Assembly: GCA_050245995.1 (NCBI GenBank)
Contig: JBFWWV010000004.1
Location: 234,104-298,103, forward strand
Source of the DNA: Planctomycetota bacterium
GTDB taxonomy: Bacteria > Planctomycetota > UBA1135 > UBA2386
Length of the DNA stretch: 64,000 nt
Direction: 5' to 3'
Shown here: positions 18,684-26,998 of the stretch, in pieces
Layout of the letters: each line of letters starts with the position of its first letter
Numbering within the stretch: position 1 is the stretch's first letter
The notes under the pieces: generated by a model
What the model saw: only the letters and a program-made list of their open reading frames with translations
Databases searched by the model: none
Told to the model about the DNA's origin: nothing
Translations under genes and position numbers: made by a program

Positions 18684-19247
18684 ATGCGCCGCCAGAAGAC
18701 CCAGCCACCGAAGACCCAGCCGACCAAGCCCGGCAAACCCGCCAGCCGGCGCGCTGCGAAGCCGCGGCTGCTCGCCGGCGGCAACCCGCAGATCGCCAAG
18801 GCCGACGGCGACGCCGCGGTCCAGGCCTACCTCGCCGCGATGCCCGGCTGGACGCGCGCCGTCGGCCGCCGCCTCGACGACCTCGTCACCCGCGCGGTCC
18901 CCGGCGTGGCGAAGGCCGTGCGCTGGAACTCGCCGTTCTACGGCGTGCCGGGCAAGGGGTGGTTCCTGTCGTTCCACTGCTTCACCCGCTACGTGAAGGT
19001 CGCGTTCTTCCGCGGCGCGGCGCTGCGACCGCCGCCGCCCGTCGCGTCCAAGGACGAGCACGCGCGCTACCTGCACGTGCCCGAGGAGGGGGCGCTCGAC
19101 GAGGCCCGGTTCGAGGACTGGGTGCGCCAGGCGAGCCGCCTGCCCGGGTGGGGCGCGGACGCCGGCGATGGCGCGCCGCGCGTCGGCGAGGGCACGGGCA
19201 GCGCGCGGAAGGCGAAGGCTGCGCCGAAGAAGCCGTCGCGGCGCTGA
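18684..19247 (+). CDS. DUF1801 (YdhG-like) domain protein
   Basis: Track ORF 18642..19247. ATG at M15 chosen; the GTG at 18642 overlapping the upstream stop is an alternative. Motifs WNSPFYGVPGKGWFLSFHCFTRYVKVAFFRGAAL are typical of DUF1801. Confidence 0.6.
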   Translation: MRRQKTQPPKTQPTKPGKPASRRAAKPRLLAGGNPQIAKADGDAAVQAYLAAMPGWTRAVGRRLDDLVTRAVPGVAKAVRWNSPFYGVPGKGWFLSFHCFTRYVKVAFFRGAALRPPPPVASKDEHARYLHVPEEGALDEARFEDWVRQASRLPGWGADAGDGAPRVGEGTGSARKAKAAPKKPSRR

Positions 19248-19260
19248 GCCGAGGTCCCGC

Positions 19261-19878
19261 ATGGCGCGCAAAGACACGAGCGCTGCTGCCGTCGGCACGG
19301 TCGAGCACGCCAACACCGCCGTGCTCGTCACCGTGGCTCCCGACGGCGCCCTGCTGGACCGCCGCCGCATCGCGCTCACCGAAGGCCTGCCGACGCACCC
19401 GCACCACCACGAAGGGTCGTGGGCGGTGGGCCGCTACCTCGACAGCCCGTGGGCGCGCCCGGTCACGCTGCCCGAGGCCCTCGAACTGGTCGAATGCGTG
19501 CGCGCGGCGGCGGCCGAGGGCGCGCGCCAAGGGCTCGCGGACCTGTCGGCGGCGGTGCCCGTGCCGATCGCGCGGATCGCGTTGCGCGTCTGCCCGGCGT
19601 TGCCGCCGACGGCCGAGGCGCGGATCGCCGATACCCGCGCGCAGACCGTCGCGGACTCGGTGATGTATCGCGAGGCGCTGGCCGCGGCGGCTGCGGCGCT
19701 GGGCTGGGAGGTGACGTGGTACGACAGGGACCGCGTGTTCGACGAGGCACAGGCCGCGCTCGGCGACACGGCGCTCGCGCCGTTCCTCACAGCGATGGGG
19801 CGCGCCGCAGGGCCGCCGTGGCGGGCCGAGCACAAGCTCGCGGCGGCGGCGGCGATCGCGGCGCTCCATGGCAAGTGA
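19261..19878 (+). CDS. hypothetical protein
   Basis: Track ORF 19168..19878. ATG at M32 preceded by GAGG 8 nt upstream. No recognisable motifs. His-rich stretch PTHPHHHEG. Confidence 0.5.
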   Translation: MARKDTSAAAVGTVEHANTAVLVTVAPDGALLDRRRIALTEGLPTHPHHHEGSWAVGRYLDSPWARPVTLPEALELVECVRAAAAEGARQGLADLSAAVPVPIARIALRVCPALPPTAEARIADTRAQTVADSVMYREALAAAAAALGWEVTWYDRDRVFDEAQAALGDTALAPFLTAMGRAAGPPWRAEHKLAAAAAIAALHGK

Positions 19879-19995
19879 TCGGCGAGTGGTCGGCGCCGTT
19901 CGTCGGCTGGGAACCCAGCAGCCGAATTGGTCGCCGCAGCGGTCCGAGCCGTGGGCGCCGTGCAGGGGCGGAGTTCGCACGATAGACTGCGTGCG

Positions 19996-20226
19996 ATGTC
20001 GGAGCTCAGAGCGCGTGTCCGGAATGGTCGTCTGGTCCTCGACGAGGCGACGGACCTTCCCGAGGGGACCGAAGTCGAACTCGTGCCGGCGGACTGGTGG
20101 GACCATCTCTCCGATGAGGACCGACGCAAGCTCGAAGACGCGCTGGCACGTTCCCAGCAGGACGCAGAGGCAGGGCGCGTGAAGCCTGCGACGGACGTGC
20201 TCAAGGGACTTCGACTCCGCGAGTGA
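19996..20226 (+). CDS. type II toxin-antitoxin system antitoxin (swapped-hairpin AbrB/MazE-like or Phd-like), partner of ParE
   Basis: 76 aa, MSELRARVRNGRLVLDEATDLPEGTEVELV. The stop overlaps the toxin start (GTGA). Confidence 0.65.
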   Translation: MSELRARVRNGRLVLDEATDLPEGTEVELVPADWWDHLSDEDRRKLEDALARSQQDAEAGRVKPATDVLKGLRLRE

Positions 20227-20540
20227 CGTCCGGACCATGGACTGTTTTCTTCACCGCGACGGCCGAGGATCAGGCGCGGCAGGTCGCGGAGCGGGGGGCG
20301 GCCGAACGATCCGCCGCCCCGACGCTGTTCCTCGACGAGCTGGAGCACGCCATCGATCGTCTGTCGACCATGCCTGGAAGCGGCGCTCCGTTCCGTTCGC
20401 AGTCCGTGCCTGGCGTGCGGAGGGTCCTGCTGCCGGGTAGCAGGTACCACGTCTACTACTCCATCGACGAAGGTGCGCACGAGGTCCTCGTTCGCGCAAT
20501 CTGGCATGGGGCTCGCGGGCACGGCCCCTCACTCGGCTGA
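20223..20540 (+). CDS. ParE/RelE-family type II toxin
   Basis: 105 aa. N-terminal WTVFFTATAEDQARQV and C-terminal RYHVYYSIDEGAHEVLVRAIWHGARG match the ParE/RelE fold signature. Confidence 0.75.
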   Translation: MTSGPWTVFFTATAEDQARQVAERGAAERSAAPTLFLDELEHAIDRLSTMPGSGAPFRSQSVPGVRRVLLPGSRYHVYYSIDEGAHEVLVRAIWHGARGHGPSLG

Positions 20541-20624
20541 TGCGGTCGGCCAGCACCCCTGCGGTCCGTTCTCCCGTCGGACGGACGGGATCCGAGGACC
20601 GCTCGCGCCTATCCTGCCGACCCA

Positions 20625-21572
20625 GTGACGTCACCCGTCGAGCCAGACCGCGTCTCCGACACCGAGCCCGCGCCCGACGACCTCCAGGCCGTCCTCGACG
20701 AGGTGCGCCGCATCGAGGTGCAGAGCAACCGGCTCGTGCGCGGCGTGATGGCGGGCGGTTACAGCTCGGTGTTCCGCGGCGCGGGCATGGAGTTCGAGGA
20801 GGTGCGCGAGTTCGTCGAGGGCGACGACCCGCGGCTGATCGACTGGAAGGTGACCGCGCGCGCGGGGCGGCCGTTCGTCAAGAAGTTCGTCGACGAGCGC
20901 GAGCTGGTGGTGGTGTTCCTGCTCGACCTGTCGCCGTCGATGACGGGCGGCACCGGCGTGTGGTCGGCGCGGCAGCTGGCGGTGCGGCTGTGCGCGTGCA
21001 TGGCGCTGGCGGCGGTGCGCAACCACGACAAGGTCGGGATGATCGCGTTCGCCGAGGGCGTCGAGCGGTTCGTGCCGCCGCAGAAGGGGCGCGGACACGC
21101 GCTGCGGATCGTGCGCGACGGGCTGCTGCTGCGCGCGGCCGGGACACGGACCTCGTTCGCACCGGCGCTCGAGTACGCCGGGCGCGTGCTGCGGCGGCGC
21201 GCGGTGGTGTTCCTGGTGTCGGACTTCCTGGGGCCGCCGATCGGGCCATCGCTGCTGCGCTGCGCGCAACGGCACGACCTGGTGGCGGTGCGGATCCTGT
21301 CGCCGGAGCTGTTCCCGCCGCGGCGCGGGCTGCAGCGGCTGCGCGATCCGGAGAGCGGCCGCGAGGTGGTCGCCGACTGGAGCAGCGAACCGGTACGCGC
21401 GGCTTGGCTCGAGCGCGTCGCGAGCTGGCGCAAGCGCGTGGACGACGAGCTGGCGCGCGCCGACGTCGACGTGATGGACGTGCCGGTGCCGCTGGTCGCC
21501 GACAAGGACGCGGTTGCGCGGCCGATCCTGCGGTTCTTCCAGATGCGCGAGCAGCGCGGGGCGCACCGGTGA
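20625..21572 (+). CDS. DUF58 domain protein (MoxR/Bat-operon associated, VWA-like)
   Basis: Motif YSSVFRGAGMEFEEVREFVEGDDPRLIDWKVTAR is the DUF58 signature. GTG start. The stop overlaps the next gene start. Confidence 0.75.
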   Translation: MTSPVEPDRVSDTEPAPDDLQAVLDEVRRIEVQSNRLVRGVMAGGYSSVFRGAGMEFEEVREFVEGDDPRLIDWKVTARAGRPFVKKFVDERELVVVFLLDLSPSMTGGTGVWSARQLAVRLCACMALAAVRNHDKVGMIAFAEGVERFVPPQKGRGHALRIVRDGLLLRAAGTRTSFAPALEYAGRVLRRRAVVFLVSDFLGPPIGPSLLRCAQRHDLVAVRILSPELFPPRRGLQRLRDPESGREVVADWSSEPVRAAWLERVASWRKRVDDELARADVDVMDVPVPLVADKDAVARPILRFFQMREQRGAHR

Positions 21573-22483
21573 GGCGTTGCTGCGCGGTCCTGCTGCTGGT
21601 GCTGGCCGGGTGCGGCGGCGCGCCGCTGCCCGAGGTCGACTTCGAGGTCGCGCTGGCGGCGACTCCGGCGACCGTCGAGTTCGGCGCGCCGTTCGCGCTC
21701 GAGGTCACCGCCACGTTCCGCCGCGAGTTCGAGCCCGAACCGTTCGCGGCCGAATGGCTGCTGCCGCTGGAGCTCGAGCCGACCGGCGAACGGCGGCGTG
21801 ACGACGGGCGGCGCGTGCAGCGGGTGCTGGCGTTCCGCGCGCGCGCGTTCGCCAGCGGTGAGGTCGCGGTCGGCCCGATCGAGTGGTCGGCGCGCGACCC
21901 GGACGGCGGCGCCGTCGTCGCGCGCAGCGCGCCGCTCCTGCTGCGCGTGGCGTCGGCGCTCGGGCCCGATGCGGCGGCTGCGCCCGAGGGGCCGCTCGAG
22001 CTGCTGCCGCTGCCGCGAACGCCGGTGTGGCCCTGGGCGCTGGGCGGCGCCGTACTGCTGTGCGCTGCAGCGCTCGTCGCGTCGCGCGCGCGCAGGCGGT
22101 CGGCACCGCCACCGGTCGCAGCGGCGCCGGCACCGCCACCCGGACCGCCGTCGCGCGAGCGCGCGCTGCAGGCGCTGGCGGCGCTCGAACGCGACCTCGC
22201 CGCGGTCAACGACCGCGCGCTGTGCGACGCGATCACCGCCATCGTGCGCGACCACGCCGCCGCCGTGCTGCGACGCCCGACCGCGACGCGCACCAGCGAA
22301 GAACTGCTCGAACTCGCGACGCCGCTGGTCGCCGCCGCCAGGACGCCGCTCGGCGCGTGCCTGTCCCACTGCGACCGGGTCAAGTTCGCCGCCGGCGCGC
22401 TCGACGGCGGTGCCCGCGACGGCGTGGTCGCCGCGGCGCGCGCGTTCGTGCAGGCCAGCGCCGGCCCGGAGGTCGCGGCGTGA
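21569..22483 (+). CDS. DUF4381-like lipoprotein/bitopic membrane protein of Bat-like operon
   Basis: Real part of track ORF 20540..22483 from VRRCCAVLLLVLAGCGG (lipobox). Extracytoplasmic domain, single TM WPWALGGAVLLCAAALVASRARRR, cytoplasmic tail. Confidence 0.6.
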   Translation: MRRCCAVLLLVLAGCGGAPLPEVDFEVALAATPATVEFGAPFALEVTATFRREFEPEPFAAEWLLPLELEPTGERRRDDGRRVQRVLAFRARAFASGEVAVGPIEWSARDPDGGAVVARSAPLLLRVASALGPDAAAAPEGPLELLPLPRTPVWPWALGGAVLLCAAALVASRARRRSAPPPVAAAPAPPPGPPSRERALQALAALERDLAAVNDRALCDAITAIVRDHAAAVLRRPTATRTSEELLELATPLVAAARTPLGACLSHCDRVKFAAGALDGGARDGVVAAARAFVQASAGPEVAA

Positions 22484-23463
22484 ACGCGGTGCTCGAAGGC
22501 CTGTCCGGGCTGCGGCTGCTGGCGCCGTGGTGGGGCGTGCTGGCGCTCCTGTGGCTCGGGGTGGCCTGGCACGCATGGCGTCGGCGACCGCGCGCGACCG
22601 CGTTCGCCGCCTCCGCGGTGCTCGACGGCGCGCCGCAGCTGCCGCGCAGCTGGCGCGCGCGGCTGGTTGCGCTGCCGGCGTGGCTGCACGGCCTCGGCGT
22701 GCTGCTGGCGATCGTCGCGCTGGCGCAACCGGCGCGGCGGGTCGCGTTGCCGGTCGTGCACGAGGGCGTCGACCTGCTGCTGTGCCTCGACGTGTCGTCG
22801 TCGATGGCGACCGCGGACCCCGGTGCGGCGACGTCGCGGTTGGAGCTGGCGCGCGCGGCCGCGGCCGAGTTCGTGCAGCAGCGCGAACACGACCGCATCG
22901 GCCTGTGCGCGTTCGCGCGCTACCCGGACCTGCTGTGCCCGCCCACGCTCGACCACGCCGCGCTGCTGCAGCTGCTGCAGGAGACGCGGCCCGTGCCGCG
23001 CGACGCCGCCGAGGACGCGACCGGTATCGGCACCGCCGTGGCGCGCAGCGTGCAGGCGCTGCAGCACGCCGAGTCGCCGTCGCGCGCCGTGGTCCTGGTC
23101 ACCGACGGCGACGAGAACGTCGCGTCGGCCGGCGCGCCGCGCGAGATCGGGCCGCTGCAGGCGGCGCAGCTCGCGGCGCAGCAGGGCGTGCGGGTGTACG
23201 CGCTCGCGGTCGGCGCCGCGGCGGAGCTCGACACGACGCAGATCGAACAGCTGGCGCTTCGCACCGGCGGGCGGCTGTTCCGCGCCGCCGACCCGGCGGC
23301 GATGCGCGCGGTGTGGAGCGAGATCGACCGGCTCGAACGCGCGCCGCTGGCGGCGCCGCGCTGGCGCTTCGAGGAGCGGCACGCGCCGTTCGTGCTGGCG
23401 GCGTTGCTGGCGATCGCCGCCGGCTGGGTGTTGCGGCGCTCGGCGCTGGAGGTCGTCGCGTGA
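22480..23463 (+). CDS. VWA domain membrane protein (BatA-like)
   Basis: Real part of track ORF 21883..23463 from MNAVLEGLSG. Two N-terminal TMs. VWA MIDAS DLLLCLDVSSSM...VLVTDGDEN. C-terminal TM. Confidence 0.8.
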   Translation: MNAVLEGLSGLRLLAPWWGVLALLWLGVAWHAWRRRPRATAFAASAVLDGAPQLPRSWRARLVALPAWLHGLGVLLAIVALAQPARRVALPVVHEGVDLLLCLDVSSSMATADPGAATSRLELARAAAAEFVQQREHDRIGLCAFARYPDLLCPPTLDHAALLQLLQETRPVPRDAAEDATGIGTAVARSVQALQHAESPSRAVVLVTDGDENVASAGAPREIGPLQAAQLAAQQGVRVYALAVGAAAELDTTQIEQLALRTGGRLFRAADPAAMRAVWSEIDRLERAPLAAPRWRFEERHAPFVLAALLAIAAGWVLRRSALEVVA

Positions 23464-24479
23464 TCGGGTTCGCGTTCGACGCGCCGTGGTGGGCGTTGCT
23501 GCTGCTGCCGCTGGCGGCGCTGCCGTCGTGGCTCGCAGCGCGCGATCGCGCGGCGGCCGCGCTGCGCCGCGAACTGCTGGGACCGCGCGCCGCGCCGGCG
23601 CCGGCGTCGCGGTCGGGGCGCGCGAGCCGTTGGTGCGGTGTCGCGGCGCTCGCGCTGGCGGTGCTCGCGCTGATGGGGCCGCGCTGGGGCGCGCCGGTCG
23701 CCGCCGACGCGGCCACCGCGCGCGACCTGGTCGTGTGCCTCGACGTGTCGCGGTCGATGCGCGCGCGCGACGTGACGCCGAGCCGGCTCGAAGCCGCGCG
23801 CGCGGCGATCGCGGCGCTGGCCGAACGCGCCCGCGGTGACCGCCTGGCGCTGGTCGCGTTCGCCGGCGACGCGCGCCTGCGCGTGCCGCGCACGACCGAC
23901 GCCGACTCGTTCGTGCAGCTGCTGCGCGGCACCGACGAACTGTCGGTGGCGCGCGGCGGCACCGACCTCGGCGCGGCGCTCGATGCGGCGCTGGCGGCGC
24001 TGGTCGGTCGGCGCGGCGGCGCCGCCGTGGTGCTGGTGACCGACGGCGAGGACCACGCCGCGCGCGGGCTGGCCGCCGCGCAGCGCTGCGCCGCCCAGGG
24101 CATCGCCGTGCACTGCGTCGGCCTCGGCAGCGAGCGCGGCGGCAAGGTGCCGGTGCCGCGCCTCGGCGGCGACGGCGAGACGTTCCTGCGCGACGCGCAG
24201 GGCAACGAGGTCGTGTCGGCGCTCGACGCGGCGTCCCTTGGCGCGCTGGCGGCCGCGGCCGGCGGCACGTTCGCGCGCGCCGACTCGGCCGAGGCGGCGA
24301 CGGCGGCGCTGCGCGACGTGTACGAACGGCGCGTGCTGCCCGCCGCTGCAGCAGGCGGCGCCGAGGGCGACGAACTGCGCGTGCCGGCCCGGTTCCAATG
24401 GCTTCTGCTGCCGGCGGTGCTGCTGTGGCTGCTGCAGGTGTGGCTGCGTCGCGCGGCGCGCGCGCCCCGCCCGGCCTGA
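23460..24479 (+). CDS. VWA domain membrane protein (BatB-like)
   Basis: Real part of track ORF 21798..24479 from VIGFAFDAPWWALLLLPLAA. MIDAS DLVVCLDVSRSM...VLVTDGEDH. C-terminal TM. Confidence 0.8.
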   Translation: MIGFAFDAPWWALLLLPLAALPSWLAARDRAAAALRRELLGPRAAPAPASRSGRASRWCGVAALALAVLALMGPRWGAPVAADAATARDLVVCLDVSRSMRARDVTPSRLEAARAAIAALAERARGDRLALVAFAGDARLRVPRTTDADSFVQLLRGTDELSVARGGTDLGAALDAALAALVGRRGGAAVVLVTDGEDHAARGLAAAQRCAAQGIAVHCVGLGSERGGKVPVPRLGGDGETFLRDAQGNEVVSALDAASLGALAAAAGGTFARADSAEAATAALRDVYERRVLPAAAAGGAEGDELRVPARFQWLLLPAVLLWLLQVWLRRAARAPRPA

Positions 24480-24489
24480 GCGGAACGCC

Positions 24490-25242
24490 CTACACGCCGA
24501 GCGCGAACGCGCGAACCATCCGCCGCTCGTCGGCGGACAGGCACGCCGCCAGGGTCTTGGCCTTGGGGCCGGCCGGGTGCCCGAGGAACAGCACGAGCCG
24601 CTCGCGGCCGGCGAGCTCGAGTGGACCGGCCAGCGCGCCCTCGGACCGGATGCCCAGCGTCTCGGCCAGCTGCTTCCGCACCTTCAGGCCGACCGCGACG
24701 ACGACGCGCGCCGCGCTGAGCTGCAGGACCGGCCGCAGGTAGCGCCCAGCACACTCGCGCAGCGCCTGCTTGACGCCCTCCTCCTGGCGGGACTTGCAGT
24801 GCACGACCTCGGTCAGCGCATAGTCGACGCCCGGCACCGGGTCGCGGCCGAGGATCTCGGTGGCGCGCTTCTTGATGTTGCTCCAGTACGGCCGGGCCTC
24901 GCTGTGCTGCCCGTCGGCGTTCAGCCGACGGTTGCCATCCAGGATCCACGGTTCGCGTCCGCCGCCGAACCGGTTGGTGAAGTAGTCGGCGATGGCGTCG
25001 TCGGTCCAGTTCCAGCGCGGGTAGCGTTCCTCTGCCGTGATTCCGGGGTTCGAGCTGAGGAACAGGATCGGCGCCTGCTCGATGCGGCCGCTCCACGGTT
25101 CGGGCACCTGGAACGCGTCGAGGTCGCCAGTCTGCACCGCGACGATGCGGCGGCAATGGTGCGGCGCCGCGCCGGCCTTGCAGGTCGCGACGTTGGGGCA
25201 GCGGGCGATCGAGAGGAGCAGGTCGGTGGCAGGGTCGGGCAT
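24490..25242 (-). CDS. uracil-DNA glycosylase superfamily protein (MUG/SMUG-like xNPG motif)
   Basis: Track ORF 24490..25323. Start chosen at M28 (MPDPATDLLL); 25323 is the alternative. Motif APILFLSSNPGITAEE resembles the G(I/M)NPG motif A. Motif B-like FLGHPAGP near the C-terminus. N-terminal Cys cluster CPNVATCKAGAAPHHC. Confidence 0.5.
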   Translation of the reverse strand: MPDPATDLLLSIARCPNVATCKAGAAPHHCRRIVAVQTGDLDAFQVPEPWSGRIEQAPILFLSSNPGITAEERYPRWNWTDDAIADYFTNRFGGGREPWILDGNRRLNADGQHSEARPYWSNIKKRATEILGRDPVPGVDYALTEVVHCKSRQEEGVKQALRECAGRYLRPVLQLSAARVVVAVGLKVRKQLAETLGIRSEGALAGPLELAGRERLVLFLGHPAGPKAKTLAACLSADERRMVRAFALGV

Positions 25243-25403
25243 AGGCTGTGACGTAGTTTGGCACTCTGCGACACTGTCGGGCGAATCACGACTGCCGCTC
25301 CAAGTAGCCGAGGCGCGCGGCATGACTTTGACAGTGGAGCCGAGCCTGAATGCTCTGCTCAGACGCCCTTGACGGGGCTCTCGATGGCGTTATCTTGGTG
25401 TGC

Positions 25404-26294
25404 ATGCGGCCGAAGAAGGCGAGACGACGGCGGAATGTCGGTAGGGCGTTGCTGGCCTTTGCGGCTCTGCTGGTGCTTGCGGTGGCATACTGGGCAACAT
25501 GGGAAGCCCCGGTCGCTTCTCCGGGGAGGACTATTGCGGTGGGTGGCCAGCAGGTTGCTATTGAAGCGCTTGCTCTGGACTATGAGAGTGTTCGGTCCAG
25601 TCTAGACGCAGTGATCGGATTCTCAGATGGAGAGTCGGATGATCACGGCGTTATATCGCCGGAGTGTGCCTCAGTAGAGGGGGACGCGAGCGTCGGCGCG
25701 CAGGTCTCGGATAAGCGATCAATATGGACTACAGTGCTCCGCCAGCCAGAGGTGCTTACGCCATTGGCAATTACTGAGAGTGTCGAATTCAACCCTCGGG
25801 CAAGTTCCTGCGGATCGCAGCCTATGGAGAGCCTGTCCGCGATAGTCGAATCTCATGGTGAGTTGATCAGGAGGGCTAGGCAGGTAGAGATGTCGACCCT
25901 GACGCAGGAGATGGCTCGCGCATATGTCTCAGGTACGTATCAACCCCCATCGCTTCTCGAGGACCCTCGGACGGCCTCTGTGGCTCGGCGAGTCTTGACG
26001 CAGCAAGGAAGGTCATCTCTCCTCACAAAGCCCCGTGAAGCCCTAGAGTTTCTGTCGCATTCTGTGGAGTTGCTGACAGAATGCAACTTTGGCGTCTTCT
26101 CGATCAATGGTGAGACGGCATTGTTCCTGATCGACGACCTCCCTGGTACCGTGGAGGCTCGGAAGTTCAGGAGCTTCCTGGAATACGAGTATGTGTCCAT
26201 GTTGTCTCAATGGGCGCTACACTGGAGGCTTCTTTCGCCGTGGGAATGCGATAGCCTGCTTCAGCGCTTCTCTCAGGCCAAGCAAGTCTACTGA
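25404..26294 (+). CDS. hypothetical membrane-anchored protein (low-GC island gene 1)
   Basis: Track ORF 25350..26294, start at M19: MRPKKARRRRNVGRALLAFAALLVLAVAYW (signal anchor). No recognisable motifs. Local GC ~50% against a ~70% background. Confidence 0.5.
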   Translation: MRPKKARRRRNVGRALLAFAALLVLAVAYWATWEAPVASPGRTIAVGGQQVAIEALALDYESVRSSLDAVIGFSDGESDDHGVISPECASVEGDASVGAQVSDKRSIWTTVLRQPEVLTPLAITESVEFNPRASSCGSQPMESLSAIVESHGELIRRARQVEMSTLTQEMARAYVSGTYQPPSLLEDPRTASVARRVLTQQGRSSLLTKPREALEFLSHSVELLTECNFGVFSINGETALFLIDDLPGTVEARKFRSFLEYEYVSMLSQWALHWRLLSPWECDSLLQRFSQAKQVY

Positions 26295-26331
26295 TCGGGG
26301 TGTCTCATACAATCCAAAAGAGGAGAGTGGA

Positions 26332-26850
26332 ATGAAGAGTCCCAATTGGACGTCGATTGCAGTTGCTTTCTCGCTACCCCTTGTTGTGATCCCGAGTGCT
26401 GTTTTCGACGACACGGGAGCAGAGCCTGTATGCGTGTCTGCGTGTGCCGCAACCTATGGCAACAGTCCTACCGGGGGGAGTGTCGGTGTTGCGGCGAGTT
26501 CAGCATCCGGCAACTCGAATGGTGAGTGCGATTGTCTTCAAGACCATTGCAGTAAGGTGAAAGACTGCGACATCTTGGTGTTCTTCCAGGTTGTGGTCTT
26601 CGATCCATTCCCAGGCGATGGTCCTACGACGGTCGTCTTTCCGCCCGATGCCAACGGATACTCGGTGCATATCGACAACGATCCCTCTACTGGCTACCCC
26701 AATAGTCATTCCACGGGCATCTATGTGGATGCCTGTGGCGCGATAGCGGTCAAGACGCTCACAGTCAAGAATCCGGATGGTAGCACTGGATCATTCGGAA
26801 TATCTCTTGGCTGCGGCAATTGCGCATTGGGTGACTGGAATTGCCCCTGA
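26332..26850 (+). CDS. small secreted cysteine-rich protein (172 aa, 10 Cys in mature part; low-GC island gene 2)
   Basis: Track ORF 26191..26850. ATG at M48 preceded by the perfect SD AAAGAGGAGAGTGGA-ATG. Signal peptide MKSPNWTSIAVAFSLPLVVIPSAV. Cysteines at CVSAC, GECDC, DHC, KDC, DAC, GCGNC and WNCP. Local GC ~45–55%. Confidence 0.6.
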   Translation: MKSPNWTSIAVAFSLPLVVIPSAVFDDTGAEPVCVSACAATYGNSPTGGSVGVAASSASGNSNGECDCLQDHCSKVKDCDILVFFQVVVFDPFPGDGPTTVVFPPDANGYSVHIDNDPSTGYPNSHSTGIYVDACGAIAVKTLTVKNPDGSTGSFGISLGCGNCALGDWNCP

Positions 26851-26949
26851 GCCGAGGTCGGCGCTCAGTTCACGGCAGCCGAGGAGCTGAAGTAGCACCG
26901 TAGCACCCGCAGTGCGAGGGTCCTGAGGCTCGTTGATGTTCACCTATGT

Positions 26950-26989
26950 GCGCGGCGGCCGGCTGGGTCGCCACATGCGGCCGCCGCGC
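26950..26989. terminator. 12-bp perfect-stem hairpin between convergent genes (putative bidirectional terminator)
   Basis: GCGCGGCGGCCG – 16-nt loop – CGGCCGCCGCGC. Lies 10 nt after the selenoprotein stop (minus strand) and 100 nt after the Cys-rich gene stop (plus strand). No clean U-tract, which is common in high-GC genomes. Confidence 0.45.
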
Positions 26990-26998
26990 GCCCGCGCC

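Noticed and set aside
20759-25264. Long minus-strand ORFs 20759..22576, 20878..23382 and 23099..25264
   Set aside because: Antisense to the DUF58/DUF4381/VWA operon. Ser/Arg/Ala-rich with no motifs.
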